Part shown: positions 41,610-54,560 of the stretch, one piece after another
Position numbering within the stretch: the stretch's first letter is position 1
Layout: each line of letters starts with the position of its first letter
Notes under the pieces: generated by a model
What the model was told of the DNA's origin: nothing
Seen by the model: only the letters and a program-made list of their open reading frames with translations
Database searches by the model: none
Source: Eledone cirrhosa
Lineage: Eukaryota
Assembly (NCBI GenBank): GCA_964016885.1
Contig: OZ024740.1
Location: 177,878,001 to 177,942,000 of the forward strand
DNA length: 64,000 nt
Direction: 5' to 3'
Made by a program: the position numbers and the translations under genes

Positions 41610-42722
41610 CTAGCAGCAGTACCCAGCATTGCTTGGGTAGGTAAAATAATATCTGCTTTGATGAAAAGGTGTTGATCTTAGCGACTTCTTCTTGATGACT
41701 CAGCTATGGCCACACACAGGCCATGCGGGGGAAGTTGGTGATGACCTCTATCACTGAGGAAAGCGGGTGACTGACGAAGGGGCATGCTGGGGGAAGGAAG
41801 TAATGACCTCTAACACTAAGCCAAATTTTCTCACGCTACTTGATTGGACACCAATGAATTCTCAAATACACAACTAAAAGCTCAGACGACGTCAGTGGCC
41901 ATCGTTTTTCCTTTGACCATCTATAAGATGTGCAATGATAGGTTCTATCGTAGTATAAAAGTTGAACCAAATAGATTGATTTATGTGTGAGGTGGAGTCG
42001 AAGTTTCAAATTAGAACAAAATCGGTTGAAAAATGTGGGAGCTAATGATAGGTTGTATCATAGTATGAAAGTTGAATCAAATAAATTGATTTATGTATGA
42101 GGTGGAGCCGAAGTTTCGAATTTGAACGAAATCGGTTGAAAAATGTGGGAGCTAGAGCCGAAAAGGCAGAAATTTGAGCGAAGAGGTGGTATTTTCGCAT
42201 ATTTAAGCGGCTGCCATGCCGTTTCTGAACAAAAAATCCAAAATGTAAGGCCACTTTAAAACGTGAAATAATCAGATCTAGTGTAGTGTAAAATTTGAAC
42301 AACGTAGGTTGATTAATGTGGGAGCTAGAGCCGAAAAAGTGAAAATTTGAGTCTAAAAGTGGCATTTTTGAATATTTAAGCGGCTGCCACGCCGTCCCTG
42401 AACAACAAATGCAAAATATAATGCCATTACAGGATGTGCAATGATAAATTCTATTTTGCTTTAAAATTTTAATGAAATCGGTGGCAAAATGTGGGAGCTA
42501 GAGCCAAAAATCTTATTTTTTAATACCTAAAAAAAGGTGACCCCTATCGATTTTTATCTGCAGAATGACCCCGGAATTAAAAAACCATAAGCTGATATAT
42601 AGAAAACACTCCCCGATGACGAATCTATGAGCCTGTAAAGTTTCATGAAAATTGGTCGTAAGATGTAGGCCCCTATAGGTGACACACAGACACACGCACA
42701 CACACACATACTTAATTTTATA
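41610..42722 (-). mobile_element. Non-autonomous Helitron-like element with internal ~110 and ~180 bp tandem duplications
   Basis: 3' hairpin CCCAAGCAATGCTGGG then CTAG at 41610. Repeated aaatcggttgaaaaatgtgggagctagagccgaaaa blocks at 41930-42510. The 5' end is approximate. Confidence 0.55.
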
Positions 42723-43121
42723 TATATATACTTGTATCAGTAATTCCTCACTAACCTCCATTTCTACTCTCACTTTACTAACAGCACCCCTGTACATAGC
42801 TTGCACTGTCCTCACAAGCCATTCCTCTACATTTAGTTTCCTATATATATATATATATATATCTCAGGGGCGAAGGGTGCGTGCATGCGTTATAGAATCT
42901 TGAGTTGATCAATTGCGTCGGTAGAAGCAAGCAGAAATTTGGCTGCTTGCTAAATCATAGACACATAAAAAGATAACACACACACACACAACATTACATG
43001 CGGCTTTGACTGGGAGGGTCATTTAGAGGGAATTGAAGGAGGGGGAGGGAGGCTGCACAGCCCCACTTTCCGCCATGGCAATTGGACTACATGCCCTGAT
43101 TTCCAAGTTACCCTTCGCCAT

Positions 43122-43163
<42 letters not shown>

Positions 43164-43168
<5 letters not shown>

Positions 43169-43550
43169 TTAAGAATAACATGGTTGACAGCACAAACAAG
43201 GGTATTTATTTACAGTCTTACAATTGTTTCCATGATAGAATTGTCTATAAATTGCTAAATACTGGAGACAGTATAACTCAATTTACAATACATTTAAGTC
43301 CAATCCTTTCATCAGAAACCATTAAGAAATACCCATTTAAATGCCCTTGTTTGTGCTGTCAACCATGATATTCTTAACTTTATTATTACTCCAAGATATA
43401 TTTACATAGGAATACAAGAGAAGTCATAAATTTGTCACCAACGTAAACATCTTGTTGAGTCACACATTACCGTACGCTTAAACTGTCCACGATAAGTTGT
43501 TTTCACAGACTCTTATCGAATTACCTTTAACGATTTATTGTTATCCTCCA
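43164..43550. mobile_element. Short Penelope-like pLTR element with ~45 bp terminal inverted arms and a minus-strand hammerhead-like core
   Basis: Arms ~43164-43208 and ~43337-43384. Minus-strand core ggttt-CTGATGA-...-GAAA-caattg-TA-agact (43214-43320). Tail tattactccaag...tcttgttgagtc. Confidence 0.65.
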
Positions 43551-43565
43551 TATATATATATATAT

Positions 43566-44040
43566 ATAATTCAAGAAATAAGAGTAACATGGTTAGCTGT
43601 ACAATAAGGGCTTTATTCACAGTGCTGACAATTGTTTCGTTGATTGGTCGGTCTAGAGCTCGCTAATCGCTTGGTATTGCGTCAATTGATCTCCAATACT
43701 CTGTTTACGTGGATATCCACGCACTCTGATGTATCGACTAGTTGTAAACAAAGTATTGGAGATCGATTGACGCAATACCAAGCGATTAGCGAGCTCTAGA
43801 CCGACCAATGAACGAAACAATTGTCAGCACTGTGAATAAAGCCCTTATTGTACAGCCAACCATGTTACTCTTATTTCTTGAATTATTATTACTCCAAGTA
43901 TAACCTACATAGAAGTCACCGTGAACTCGCTGCATCACTATGGAAGCGTCTTGTTGAGTCAAACTAAGCCATACGTTAAAACCATCCTCAAACTGGACTA
44001 CCTCTAAGTGGATTACCTACAACAATAACTTATTATCCCG
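43566..44040 (+). mobile_element. Fold-back Penelope-like pLTR element with ~140 bp near-perfect inverted arms
   Basis: Arms ~43566-43708 and ~43744-43886. GAAACAATTGTC hammerhead 3' core in the arms, CTGATGT in the spacer. Tail tattactccaag...tcttgttgagtc shared with the 43164 element. Confidence 0.7.
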
Positions 44041-45110
44041 TATATATATATATATATATTAGTAGAGGTGCAATTGGATTGCGTCCACATGTGGTATGCG
44101 AAGATAAGCACTACATATGAGAACACATATCTGAGAAGCTTCTGATTCCAGAGTGAGGAACAAACATAATTCAATTGTTCCTTGAGCTGATTGAAAGTAA
44201 AACATATGTAATATGCAATTAAATATGTATATGCTGCTCTACTGATTCTTTCTTCTCTATTATTATTATATATATATATATACATTCACACACACGCATA
44301 TGCATGCGCACAAGTATAGCTCTTTATACATAACGGTTCTTTTTCCATGTCTGGTAGACATTCCCCATCATCCACTTTTCTAAAAAGATATATCAAACAA
44401 AAGACGCCAGCATCAACAGTTTTCCAAAAGATGGCAACATAAATGGACCCGTTATTTTTATCTAAAGATATTTTTTGCAATTCCTCCCCGCCTGTCCCTT
44501 CAATCTATCTAATTTCTCATTCTTTCTTTTGGTGAAGGACTACCGTCCAAAACGTTACGAGCCTTTTCCTGCTATTTCAAGCGTTAATCTAATATATTCC
44601 TTCCATATACTATACCAATTGTGTTGTTATTTCTGTTTACCTTTTACATTTATATATATATATATATATAAAAGACTCACAGATACAGATGTGTACACAC
44701 ACACAGAGACAGAAGCAATAATGCACACGCACAAAATTCACCACATCCACACACACTTAACAACATCCATGACACACCTGAACTCTCCAGCTTGGGCCAC
44801 CACTCCTGAATGTTGGATCATTTGCACTCCACTGCAACCTTCTTAAAATCTATTTTTCAAACTACAATATTCCAACCTGTTCTCTACCTCTTTGAATTCT
44901 CCATTTAAGAAGGACTTACGTCTGAATCGCCAAACCCTCCTCCACTTCCTCATAAGCATGATTTAATAAGACTGTGTTTTTTTATCTTTGTGTTTCTGAT
45001 GTGATTTCTTTATCTATCTATAAATATATAAAGGCCTAATATAAAAACTGACATATATAACCTGTAACCTAGTATTACAGTGCATACTGCCAAATGATAA
45101 TTCTACTCAC

Positions 45111-45286
45111 ACGCCTTTCTGATGCAGGATTCTTTGAGGAGAAAATGTTAAAGGATAGATCACGTTTTCACCAGGACTGAGTAAGATGGAAGATGGTCCC
45201 GTTAGATGTGGACCTTCTATTATTGTCTGAAGAGATAACTCTTCCTCTATTGGGTTGGTAACAGAAACCTTGATCAATTTGCTTTC
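45111..45286 (-). CDS. CFAP47: Coding exon of CFAP47-like gene
   Basis: Acceptor gttatattccag, donor GT|GTGAGT. 176 bp, phase 0 in and phase 2 out. Reads ESKLIKVSVTNPIEEELSLQTIIEGPHLTGPSSILLSPGENVIYPLTFSPQRILHQKG(V). Confidence 0.88.
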
Positions 45287-45715
45287 CTGGAATATAACAA
45301 CAACAGTATATATATATAGGTGTGTGTGTGTGTGTGTGTGTGAGTGAGAGAGTGTGTGTGCACAGTTACATATAAATGAAAAGATAAATCGACACATAAT
45401 GTAGAAGTAAAGAATATCTATAACAACAGTTTGACTTATTCATACATTTGCAGTAGTTTCGTAGATGTAAATAAACCTAACGCCATCCAGTGCTTAAGGA
45501 GTTAGCTGTATGTCTATGAAACCCCTGATACTTTATGAATAAAACAAACTATTAACACACACACACACACATGGTAAAGGAACAGAAGGAGAAAGAAATA
45601 GAAAACAACAAAGGACAACTGAATAAACTAATTAGAGAAAAGATATATCATGATAATCATCAATGTTGAACATCTATTTTCATATATATTGCTTTGCATG
45701 GGTTAAACTATATAT

Positions 45716-45786
<71 letters not shown>

Positions 45787-45898
45787 TAAGAGGAATTCCA
45801 ACTTTGTCTGATTTACTCGTTTTATTTACAATCCTTTAAAATTTATAATGGTATTATAATGAAATAGTATGATAGAATATTAAATGTTAAGCGTTAAT

Positions 45899-45937
45899 TG
45901 AACAGGTACTTTCATGCTTTCGCAATCTTCAGGTTCA
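45899..45937 (-). ncRNA. Minimal type I hammerhead ribozyme motif with one core substitution (U16.1 to C)
   Basis: TGAAC-CTGAAGA-TTGC GAAA GCAT-GAAA-GTAC-CT-GTTCA: stem I TGAAC/GTTCA, stem II closed by a GNRA loop, palindromic stem III. Confidence 0.6.
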
Positions 45938-46035
45938 TAATGTGTGGTGACAGTCAAGTTTGTAATTTTATATATATACATATACATCTCGGAAGTTGTT
46001 TTTCGTTAATTCCTAAGCCGGAATACGATTCTCGG

Positions 46036-46089
<54 letters not shown>

Positions 46090-46209
46090 GCGTGTGCGTG
46101 TATCCTGGGTTCAAGTGGGGGGGGGGGTAACCACAGTAAGTAAGGTACTCAGTACATAGCAGAGTATAAATTTACAGTTCTAGTCTTGTAGAAGCCATAT
46201 ATATTAAAA

Positions 46210-46299
<90 letters not shown>

Positions 46300-46301
<2 letters not shown>

Positions 46302-47420
46302 CCCAGCTTACACAAAGTCTGAGGATAAAATTTCCCCGGGAGGGAACGAGTGGCATAGGGAGACCACCGTGTCTGCAGAACAACACCCTGTGAATCCTGA
46401 GAGGGCCATAACAGATCGAGGCCCAGACATCAGATGCAAAAGAACTGACAACAGAACTTGCAACTGCAGAGCGGGCACCCATTTCCCCCTGCAGGGAAAA
46501 TGCCTGACGAAGGACCTGATATACAAGTGTGTGGTTACAACCCAAAATGCGCATCGCACCTACATCGGCGCAACATCCACGACCTTTAAATCGCAGATGT
46601 ATAATCACACAAATTCCTTCAGGGACCGTAGCAAAAGGCACTCCACTAAGTTAGCAGACCTGGTGTGAGACCTGAAAGACCAAGGCACTCCGTACACCCT
46701 GGAATGAGTATCGTTCGGCATGCGAGAGCATACTCGGCTGGAAGTAGAAAGTGCTGATTATGCCTACACGAGGCCATGGAGATAGTCAGACTGAAAGATG
46801 ATGCGGTCAACCTGAAGTCTGAAATTATCATGATCTGCAGACATCAGAGAAGATGCACATTTGCAGCATGGAATCCTCCGGGTAGCACAGGCCAAGGGCA
46901 TGGGACGGAGTACGCACAGACCCGAGCGGCCCAACGGGATTAAGGGACCTGACACCATGCTCTGATGACATTGTGCGACCCGTGTGGCAAACATAAATAA
47001 ACCAGGGTGCACACCGGACCGAGCACGCAACATTGGGCAAGTACATTGCCTATGCCGAGACTGACTAACACAGAGTCCACGGTCGTCCAGTCAAATACCC
47101 CTAACATATAGAAGAGCACACCCCAAGGTGACCAGGCCAAGCGTCCCCTTGAATGTGTGCCCTGTCAATCGTGAATATATACTCTCCACATGTTCTACTT
47201 TGGAACAATTATTATTACTGTTATTATTGTTTTGTTATTGTTACATGTTCCATACACGGACCTAAGTTTGCACCTCATACTACCTGTGTGTAGTATATCA
47301 CATGGATACACGTACCTCCTCCTTTACCTCCCCCCTTTTTTATATATCTCTTTGTGAAGTTATATACAGATTTTAATGTATTTTAACATATTGTAAATTT
47401 ATTTATTTTATTTTATTATC
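46300..47420 (+). mobile_element. Decayed 5'-truncated Penelope-like element (GIY-YIG endonuclease region plus 3' sequence)
   Basis: CNCR...PLQGKCLTKDLIYKCVV...YIGATSTTFK..YNH..SF, then KC*LCLHE...NLKSEII.ICRH. Stops and a frameshift present. Confidence 0.8.
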
Positions 47421-47424
47421 TTAT

Positions 47425-47713
47425 TGTGTTTATATGTGTGTTTATGTGTAGACCTGTGCATATGTATATGCATGTGTGTGTGTATGTAGAGATATATATA
47501 TATATACGTGTGTGTGTATGTAGAGATATATATATACGTGTGTGTGTATATATATATATGTACATGTATATATGTGTGTATGTGTGTGTGTATATATATA
47601 TATATATGTACATGTATATATGTGTGTATGTATATATGTGGGTGTGTGTATGCATGTAGAGTTTTATATATATGTGTGTATGTATTTATGTGTACATATG
47701 TGTATTTTGTACG

Positions 47714-47768
<55 letters not shown>

Positions 47769-48400
47769 CATATATGTATATGTGTATACGTGTGTGTCTG
47801 CATGCGTGTGTATATGTGTGTGTGTCTATGTACACACACATATATATATATATATGGTGTGTGTATCTGTCAGTGGGTGTGTGTGTGTGTGGGTGCGTAC
47901 GTACACCCACATAAGACAGGGTTTGTCTATGTGTTTATATGCGGGTACATGTACTTGTGTGTAGATATATGTACAGGTGTGTGTATGTGTGCTTATGTCT
48001 TTGGAAGTGTGTCTCTCCTTGATGCATTTCCATAAGGATATACGTGTATGTGCATGTGCATCTATGTATGTGTCTGAGAGTGTTTCTGTATATATGTGCA
48101 GATGTGCCCGAACACCGATATGTGTCTTTGTATGCGTGTCTGCGCGTGTGTGCGCTTATGCGTGCGTGTGAGACCGAATGTAAGGGGCAGTATAGGCAGG
48201 CGCCAATAGGTATATGGTGGTCGGTATGTTGGTGTGGGTGTGCTTGGGTATGTGTAAGAGAAGGAGAGTGTGTGCGTGTATATATGTGCATTGGGTATGT
48301 GTCTACACATGTATGCATACATATGAGTATGCATGCATGTGTGTGTGCCTGCGCGTGTGTATGTATGTGTGTGTGTGTATATGTGGGTACATACTCGGGA
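47425..48400. repeat. (TG)n/(TA)n mixed low-complexity tract
   Basis: Direct inspection. Source of the spurious C/V/Y/I-rich ORFs. Confidence 0.9.
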
Positions 48401-48512
48401 GTGTGAACAGACATGTGAGATACCAAACCCAGCATGGCTCCATTGAAGTGTGTCGGATGGAAAATGGCTGATGACCCGTGTAGGAGTAAATAGTGACCAG
48501 AACTTATGATGA

Positions 48513-48885
48513 CGTGTTAGAGCATTGGGCTTGCAATTGAAAGGTTGTGAGTTCGATTCTCGGACCGAGTGATGTGTTGTTTCCTTGAGCAAGACACTTT
48601 ATTTCACATTGCTCCAGTTCACTCAGATGAGATTATAGGACTGGGGCCCCTATCATTCCACTGCTAAATGGTCATGGAGGTGCCACGGAAAAAAGCACTC
48701 AGCACTCACTGTAAATGATGTTGGTGTTAGGAAGGGCATCCAGCTGTAGAAATCAAGCCAGAATCAGTTCCCATACGAGCAATACAAGGTCAGCCAACCG
48801 GACACTGACCACAACAGGACAACCAGTCTAACCAATGTTAGCATGGAAGAATGGTGATGATGATGGTGATGATGATGATGATAAT
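48513..48885 (+). mobile_element. CORE-like tRNA SINE with RTE-derived tail (5' end clipped)
   Basis: Highly similar to 37395-37762. Confidence 0.75.
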
Positions 48886-48907
48886 AATATATATATATAT
48901 ATATATA

Positions 48908-49640
48908 CTAGCTGAATTACTCAGCATTGCTCGGGTTACTGCTCTTCTGATTTAGATTAGTAAACAATAAATATGAAGATATGTTATTTTTTTCTCATAA
49001 TTATATCAAAATATCGATATTTTATTAAAAAAATATCAAATGATAATAGAATTTAGAAATGAAAATCTGTCAATCTTGAAGCACCTGAGGGTAACCAATA
49101 TTCATTGTGTAATTTTTTGTTGGTGTCCAAATGAATAAATTGTTGCTATACACTCACATATACTAAGACAGACACAGACAGACATACACTTACGCAGACA
49201 CACGCATAGCTTTTCACCTCATTCTTTTGAGAGTCGCTACACCAAATGAAAATAAAAATTATCACATATACACTCTCACATACACACACACTCTCACATA
49301 CACTCACATCCATATACTGAGACAGACACACACAAACATACATTCATGCACACCTATCTGTCATCAAACATATATATCTGTATGTGTAGATTTGTGTGTG
49401 TTTAATTGTCTGTGGGTGAAGATAATATGTATGCAACTTACTAAGGCTATATGTATTTGACAGTGTTGTGGTGGTTTACTATAGTTCACTATAGAAATAT
49501 TATTTTAGATAAAATGTTATATTGTTTTAATCCAAATGAATATAAAAATGTTGACACCTTGTAAAATTTGATTTCATTTGGTCAAGCCGTTTGAAAATGC
49601 ATAGGAACAGACAGACAGAGAGACAAAGAATTTTATATAT
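48908..49640 (-). mobile_element. Non-autonomous Helitron-like element
   Basis: CTAG at 48908 with adjacent degenerate hairpin (actcagcattgctcggg). (CAGA)n near the other end, as in the 40992 element. Confidence 0.5.
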
Positions 49641-49929
49641 ATATAAAATATATATATATATATATATATCATATATATATATATCATATATATATATATA
49701 TATGATATATATATATATATCATATATATATATATATATATGATATATATATATATATATATATATATATCATATATATATCATATATATATATATATAT
49801 ATATATCATATATATATATATATATATCATATATATATATATCATATATATCATATATATATATATCATATATATATATATCATATATATATATATCATA
49901 TATATATATATATCATATATATATATATC

Positions 49930-49961
<32 letters not shown>

Positions 49962-50020
49962 CATATATATATATATATATCATATATATATATATCATAT
50001 ATATATATATCATATATATA
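49634..50020. repeat. (TA)n-derived minisatellite [TC(AT)n]
   Basis: Direct inspection. Flanks the PLE insertion; a similar tract lies at 54442-54560. Confidence 0.9.
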
Positions 50021-50056
50021 CAATATTAAATAAATGGAAACTATATTTATAAAACC

Positions 50057-50133
50057 ATATTTATTTCATTATATATATTTCAGGGATATCATATTAACAA
50101 TATGTTATGCCTTCTTCAGACAAAATACAATAT
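50057..50133 (-). ncRNA. Type I hammerhead ribozyme motif, left PLE arm (sense to the host pre-mRNA)
   Basis: Reverse-complement copy of 54241-54317. Confidence 0.7.
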
Positions 50134-51580
50134 AGACAGTTTTATAGATAAATAGATTTGACATACCGTTCAACGTCGACTTGTATTTGAAAAAAGTTGA
50201 TTTGGCAGTGAAAAATTGTAAACAGAAAGAAAGAAAGAAAGAAAGAAGGAAAGAAAGAAAGAAAACGAAGAAAAAGAAGAAAAAAGAAGAAATGCATGCA
50301 ACAAAATAGAGAGATGGAAAGATAGATAAAGAGAAGAACTTCATGTAAAGAAACAGAGAGAGATATATAGAGAGAGGAAATAGATAGAGATAGACATATA
50401 TAGAGAAAAAAAAAGTAGGTAGTTGAACATCCGTTGAAAAGACGTATCAATGATACATTTATTTATTTATTTATTTATTTATTTAGCTCTAGTATTAATG
50501 TAAGGGAGATATATGTGGTTAGGAAAGAAACCAGCCGTTATATAGAGAGAAAAATGAAAAGTAACCAGACATAGGCGAGGCAGAATTTAAAAACCCTATG
50601 TTTTAATGTAGAAATATTAGTTCGTATAAAACCAGGCACTATGATGTAAATACCAGTATACCTGAATGAGACACGTATCTATAATGTGTGAAAAATAATG
50701 ATCTTATGTCTAGTTTTAAAAATTCATATGTTTATATGATAACTACAAACATCGATGTGAATTTACGTGATCAACTCTGCAAACCCCTATTTCACACGGA
50801 GAACATTCTCATTGTGCTATAAAAATTTAAGTATACATATATGTGTATATATACACATATATATAGAGTCTATATTAATTTTAACAATACTATTCTTGTC
50901 TTTACTCTACATGATTATCTATCAAGCAGAAATAGAGAACAGATTTCAATATATTAATAAAAAATAAAAATATCAGAAACAAAAACAAAAACAAAAAATA
51001 ATAATAATAATAATAATAAACAAATAAATAAAATAGAAAACTAAAAAATATTACATATTAAAAATAAAAATATTAAAAATATTAAAAATATTAAAATAAT
51101 GAAAATAAAATGCCACGCAAATCGACCACAAAGATCAACCCTTCAAAATTAATTGACAATATATTGCCAAGTTCATTATAAGCATCAGAGTCGAAAACAG
51201 ATAAAGCTAAAAATTATTTACCAAATCGCGTCTAGCAGAAATCATTTCAAAAGTTTAGGATGCCGATTTTGGTCTACATATGTTCTTATATTTAATATAG
51301 AAGTTTATCTAGTGTAACGTTTATTCGATATATTTGGAGCATCAACTTTTAGGGTAGTTTAATTTTTCATGAAGAATGTTTAAGATAAAAATAAAAATAA
51401 AAATAAAAAGAAGAAATCGAAAGATTTATCGGCTAGTTTCCCAAATAATTACAAATCAAACTAAATATACTACATTTTAAATTTAAATTTATATTTAAAA
51501 GTTGAGTTCAATCTATGTTTGCAGCAACTGAATAAATTTGTCCGTAGATTAAGGGAATTTTTAGATTTTAGTATAAAGAA

Positions 51581-52897
51581 TTTAATGACCAACTATGGAC
51601 CAGAGCAGATAGAGATAGCAATTTTGACATTACTATGGGATCATCCGACTCAGCTCAGGTAACTGACCTTGTGGGCTTATTTTTAATCAATTCGCTACAT
51701 AGGAAAATACCTGGTACTACCGGAGGTTTATATAGAGATGACATGCTTTTACTTATTGATAATAATAACTCTGAACTAAATAGAAAAAGAAAACAAATTA
51801 CAAAATTTTTTAATTACTTTAATCTAAAAATAGAAATTGAGAACAACCATAGAATAGTCAATTTCCTAGATATAACATTAAATCTCAACACATGTCTTCA
51901 CTATCCATTTCACAAGTTGAATGAAAACTTAAACTATGTCAGCTTTAACTCTAACCACCCCAGATCTGTCAAAAACACTATAGTAAACTCTGTTCAAAAA
52001 CGTATCTCTAGAATCTCGTCTAATAGAAAGATTTTCGACGAAAAAGCCCAGTACTACAATGAAGCGTTAGCTAGAGCAGGATATAGTGATAAGATTATGT
52101 ACATAGATAATGATAGACAAACTAAACAAAATAACAACTATTTTAATTACGGCCACAACCTTAACAACTATAATAGAAAGCATTACAATAATTCCAAAAG
52201 CCAAAAAAGAAATAGAACTAGGAACATAATATGGTTTGCCCCCCCCCCCCCCTTCTCACTAAACATTAAAACCCACATCGCTAAACTATTTTTTAAAGCT
52301 CTTGATAATCGCTTCCCTAGAACACATAGGTATCACTCAATTTTCAATAGACATACTATAAAATGAACCTACTCATCCACCAAAAATTTAGCACAAAATA
52401 TTAATAGAATAAATAATAGGAACTTAAAACCTAGCGATAATAGCATAAATAATATACAAGTTAACAAATGTAACTGTAGAGATAGATCTAAATGCCCGTT
52501 AAATAACAACTGCTTAGTTAAAAATATAATATACAACTGTAATGTTAAAACGGACTCTAATTCTTTTAACTACGTCGGTTCCACATCGACAGAATTTAAA
52601 CTTCGCTACAATAACCACAAGAATTCTTTCACAGATCCAAGCAAAAAATCTTCAACAGCACTATCAGGCGTACTCTGGCAACTTAGGCAAGATAACGTTA
52701 GATATTCGACGGCTTGGAATATAGTCTCAAGAGGGATTCCTTTTAATTCATCCTCTGAGACATGTGACCTCTGCGCGGAGGAGATATTCTTTATACTAAA
52801 ATCTAAAAATTCCCTTAATCTACGGACAAATTTATTCAGTTGCTGCAAACATAGATTGAACTCAACTTTTAAATATAAATTTAAATTTAAAATGTAG
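51581..52897 (+). pseudogene. PLE ORF remnant (RT C-terminal half, Cys linker, GIY-YIG), open except for one in-frame TGA at 52364-52366
   Basis: FDITMGSSDSAQVTDLVGL, GLYRDD, VNFLDITL, SNHP, RNIIWF.PP, then after the TGA: CNCR..KCPLNNNCL..NIIY...YVGST..EFK.RYNNH..SF...CDLC.EE...CKHR. Ends TAG at 52895-52897. Confidence 0.88.
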
Positions 52898-54240
52898 TAT
52901 ATTTAGTTTGATTTGTAATTATTTGGGAAACTAGCCGATAAATCTTTCGATTTCTTCTTTTTATTCTTCTTTTTATTTTTATTTTTATTTTTATCTTAAA
53001 CATTCTTCATGAAAAATTAAACTACCCTAAAAGTTGATGCTCCAAATATATCGAATAAACGTTACACTAGATAAACTTCTATATTAAATATAAGAACATA
53101 TGTAGACCAAAATCGGCATCCTAAACTTTTGAAATGATTTCTGCTAGACGCGATTTGGTAAATAATTTTTAGCTTTATCTGTTTTCGACTCTGATGCTTA
53201 TAATGAACTTGGCAATATATTGTCAATTAATTTTGAAGGGTTGATCTTTGTGGTCGATTTGCGTGGCATTTTATTTTTATTATTTTAATATTTTTAATAT
53301 TTTTAATATTTTTATTTTTAATATGTAATATTTTTTAGTTTTCTATTTTATTTATTTGTTTATTATTATTATTATTATTATTATTATTTTTTGTTTTTGT
53401 TTTTGTTTCTGATATTTTTATTTTTTATTAATATATTGAAATCTGTTCTCTATTTCTGCTTGATAGATAATCATGTAGAGTAAAGACAAGAATAGTATTG
53501 TTAAAATTAATATAGACTCTATATATATGTGTATATATACACATATATGTATACTTAAATTTTTATATTCTCCGTGTGAAATAGGGGTTTGCAGAGTTGA
53601 TCACGTAAATTCACATCGATGTTTGTAGTTATCATATAAACATATGAATTTTTAAAACTAGACATAAGATCATTACTTTTCACACATTATAGATACGTGT
53701 CTCATTCAGGTATACTGGTATTTACATTATAGTGCCTGGTTTTATACGAACTAATATTTCTACATTAAAACATAGGGTTTTTAAATTCTGCCTCGCCTAT
53801 GTCTGGTTACTTTTCATTTTTCTCTCTATATAACGGCTGGTTTCTTTCCTAACCACATATATCTCCCTTACATTAATACTAGAGCTAAATAAATAAATAA
53901 ATAAATAAATAAATGTATCATTGATACGTCTTTTCAACGGATGTTCAACTACCTACTTTTTTTTTCTCTATATATGTCTATCTCTATCTATTTCCTCTCT
54001 CTATATATCTCTCTCTGTTTCTTTACATGAAGTTCTTCTCTTTATCTATCTTTCCATCTCTCTATTTTGTTGCATGCATTTCTTCTTTTTTCTTCTTTTT
54101 CTTCGTTTTCTTTCTTTCTTTCCTTCTTTCTTTCTTTCTTTCTTTCTTTCTGTTTACAATTTTTCACTGCCAAATCAACTTTTTCAAATACAAGTCGATG
54201 TTGAACGGTATGTCAAATCTATTTATCTATAAAACTGTCT

Positions 54241-54317
54241 ATATTGTATTTTGTCTGAAGAAGGCATAACATATTGTTAATATGATATCCCTGAAATATA
54301 TATAATGAAATAAATAT
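54241..54317 (+). ncRNA. Type I hammerhead ribozyme motif in PLE pLTR
   Basis: Stem I atattgtattttgt / atgaaataaatat; CTGAAGA (54255-54261); stem II AGG..catatt-gtt-aatatg..CCT; GAAA (54293-54296); palindromic TATATA; UA cleavage-site dinucleotide. Hammerheads in PLE pLTRs are established. Confidence 0.7.
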
Positions 54318-54560
54318 GGTTTTATAAATATAGTTTCCATTTATTTAATATCGTAAATATACTCCAAATACTTGTTGAGTGCTTTTATATCAGTTATAAA
54401 TATTTACTAGTTGTAACCCAACAATTTAAATATAACTTTCCATATATCATATATATATATATATATATATATCATATATATATATATATATATATCATAT
54501 ATATATATATATATTATATATATATATATATATCATATATATATATATATATCATATATA

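Larger units (their letters stand above)
50023..54441 (+). mobile_element. Penelope-like element (Naiad-type by motif), 5'-truncated, with ~1.56 kb inverted pseudo-LTR
   Basis: Arms 50023-51581 and 52786-54351 are near-perfect reverse complements. The central region encodes RT C-terminus plus GIY-YIG. Hammerhead in each arm. Embedded in (TA)n. Confidence 0.92.

Noticed and set aside
46660-46770. TGA codons in the PLE remnant as possible selenocysteine
   Set aside because: They fall at a Trp position and at the variable residue of CxLC, alongside a frameshift. This is ordinary decay.
46955-47010. CTGATGA downstream of the 46300 PLE ORF (also at ~48468) as hammerheads
   Set aside because: No convincing GAAA, stem III or stem I could be paired by eye.
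47408-50033. Long ORFs rich in Y/I/C/V/H/T
   Set aside because: Translations of (TA)n and (TG)n microsatellites.
53195-53250. Possible SECIS-like ATGA...AA...TGA in the PLE 3' region
   Set aside because: Helix pairing is poor by eye, so it is not supportable without SECISearch.
50105-54269. Duplicated hydrophobic ORFs (MIRLFNGCSTT..., MKFFSLSIF...) on opposite strands
   Set aside because: They are mirror images from the PLE inverted arms and are made of (CTTT)n/(CT)n simple sequence.
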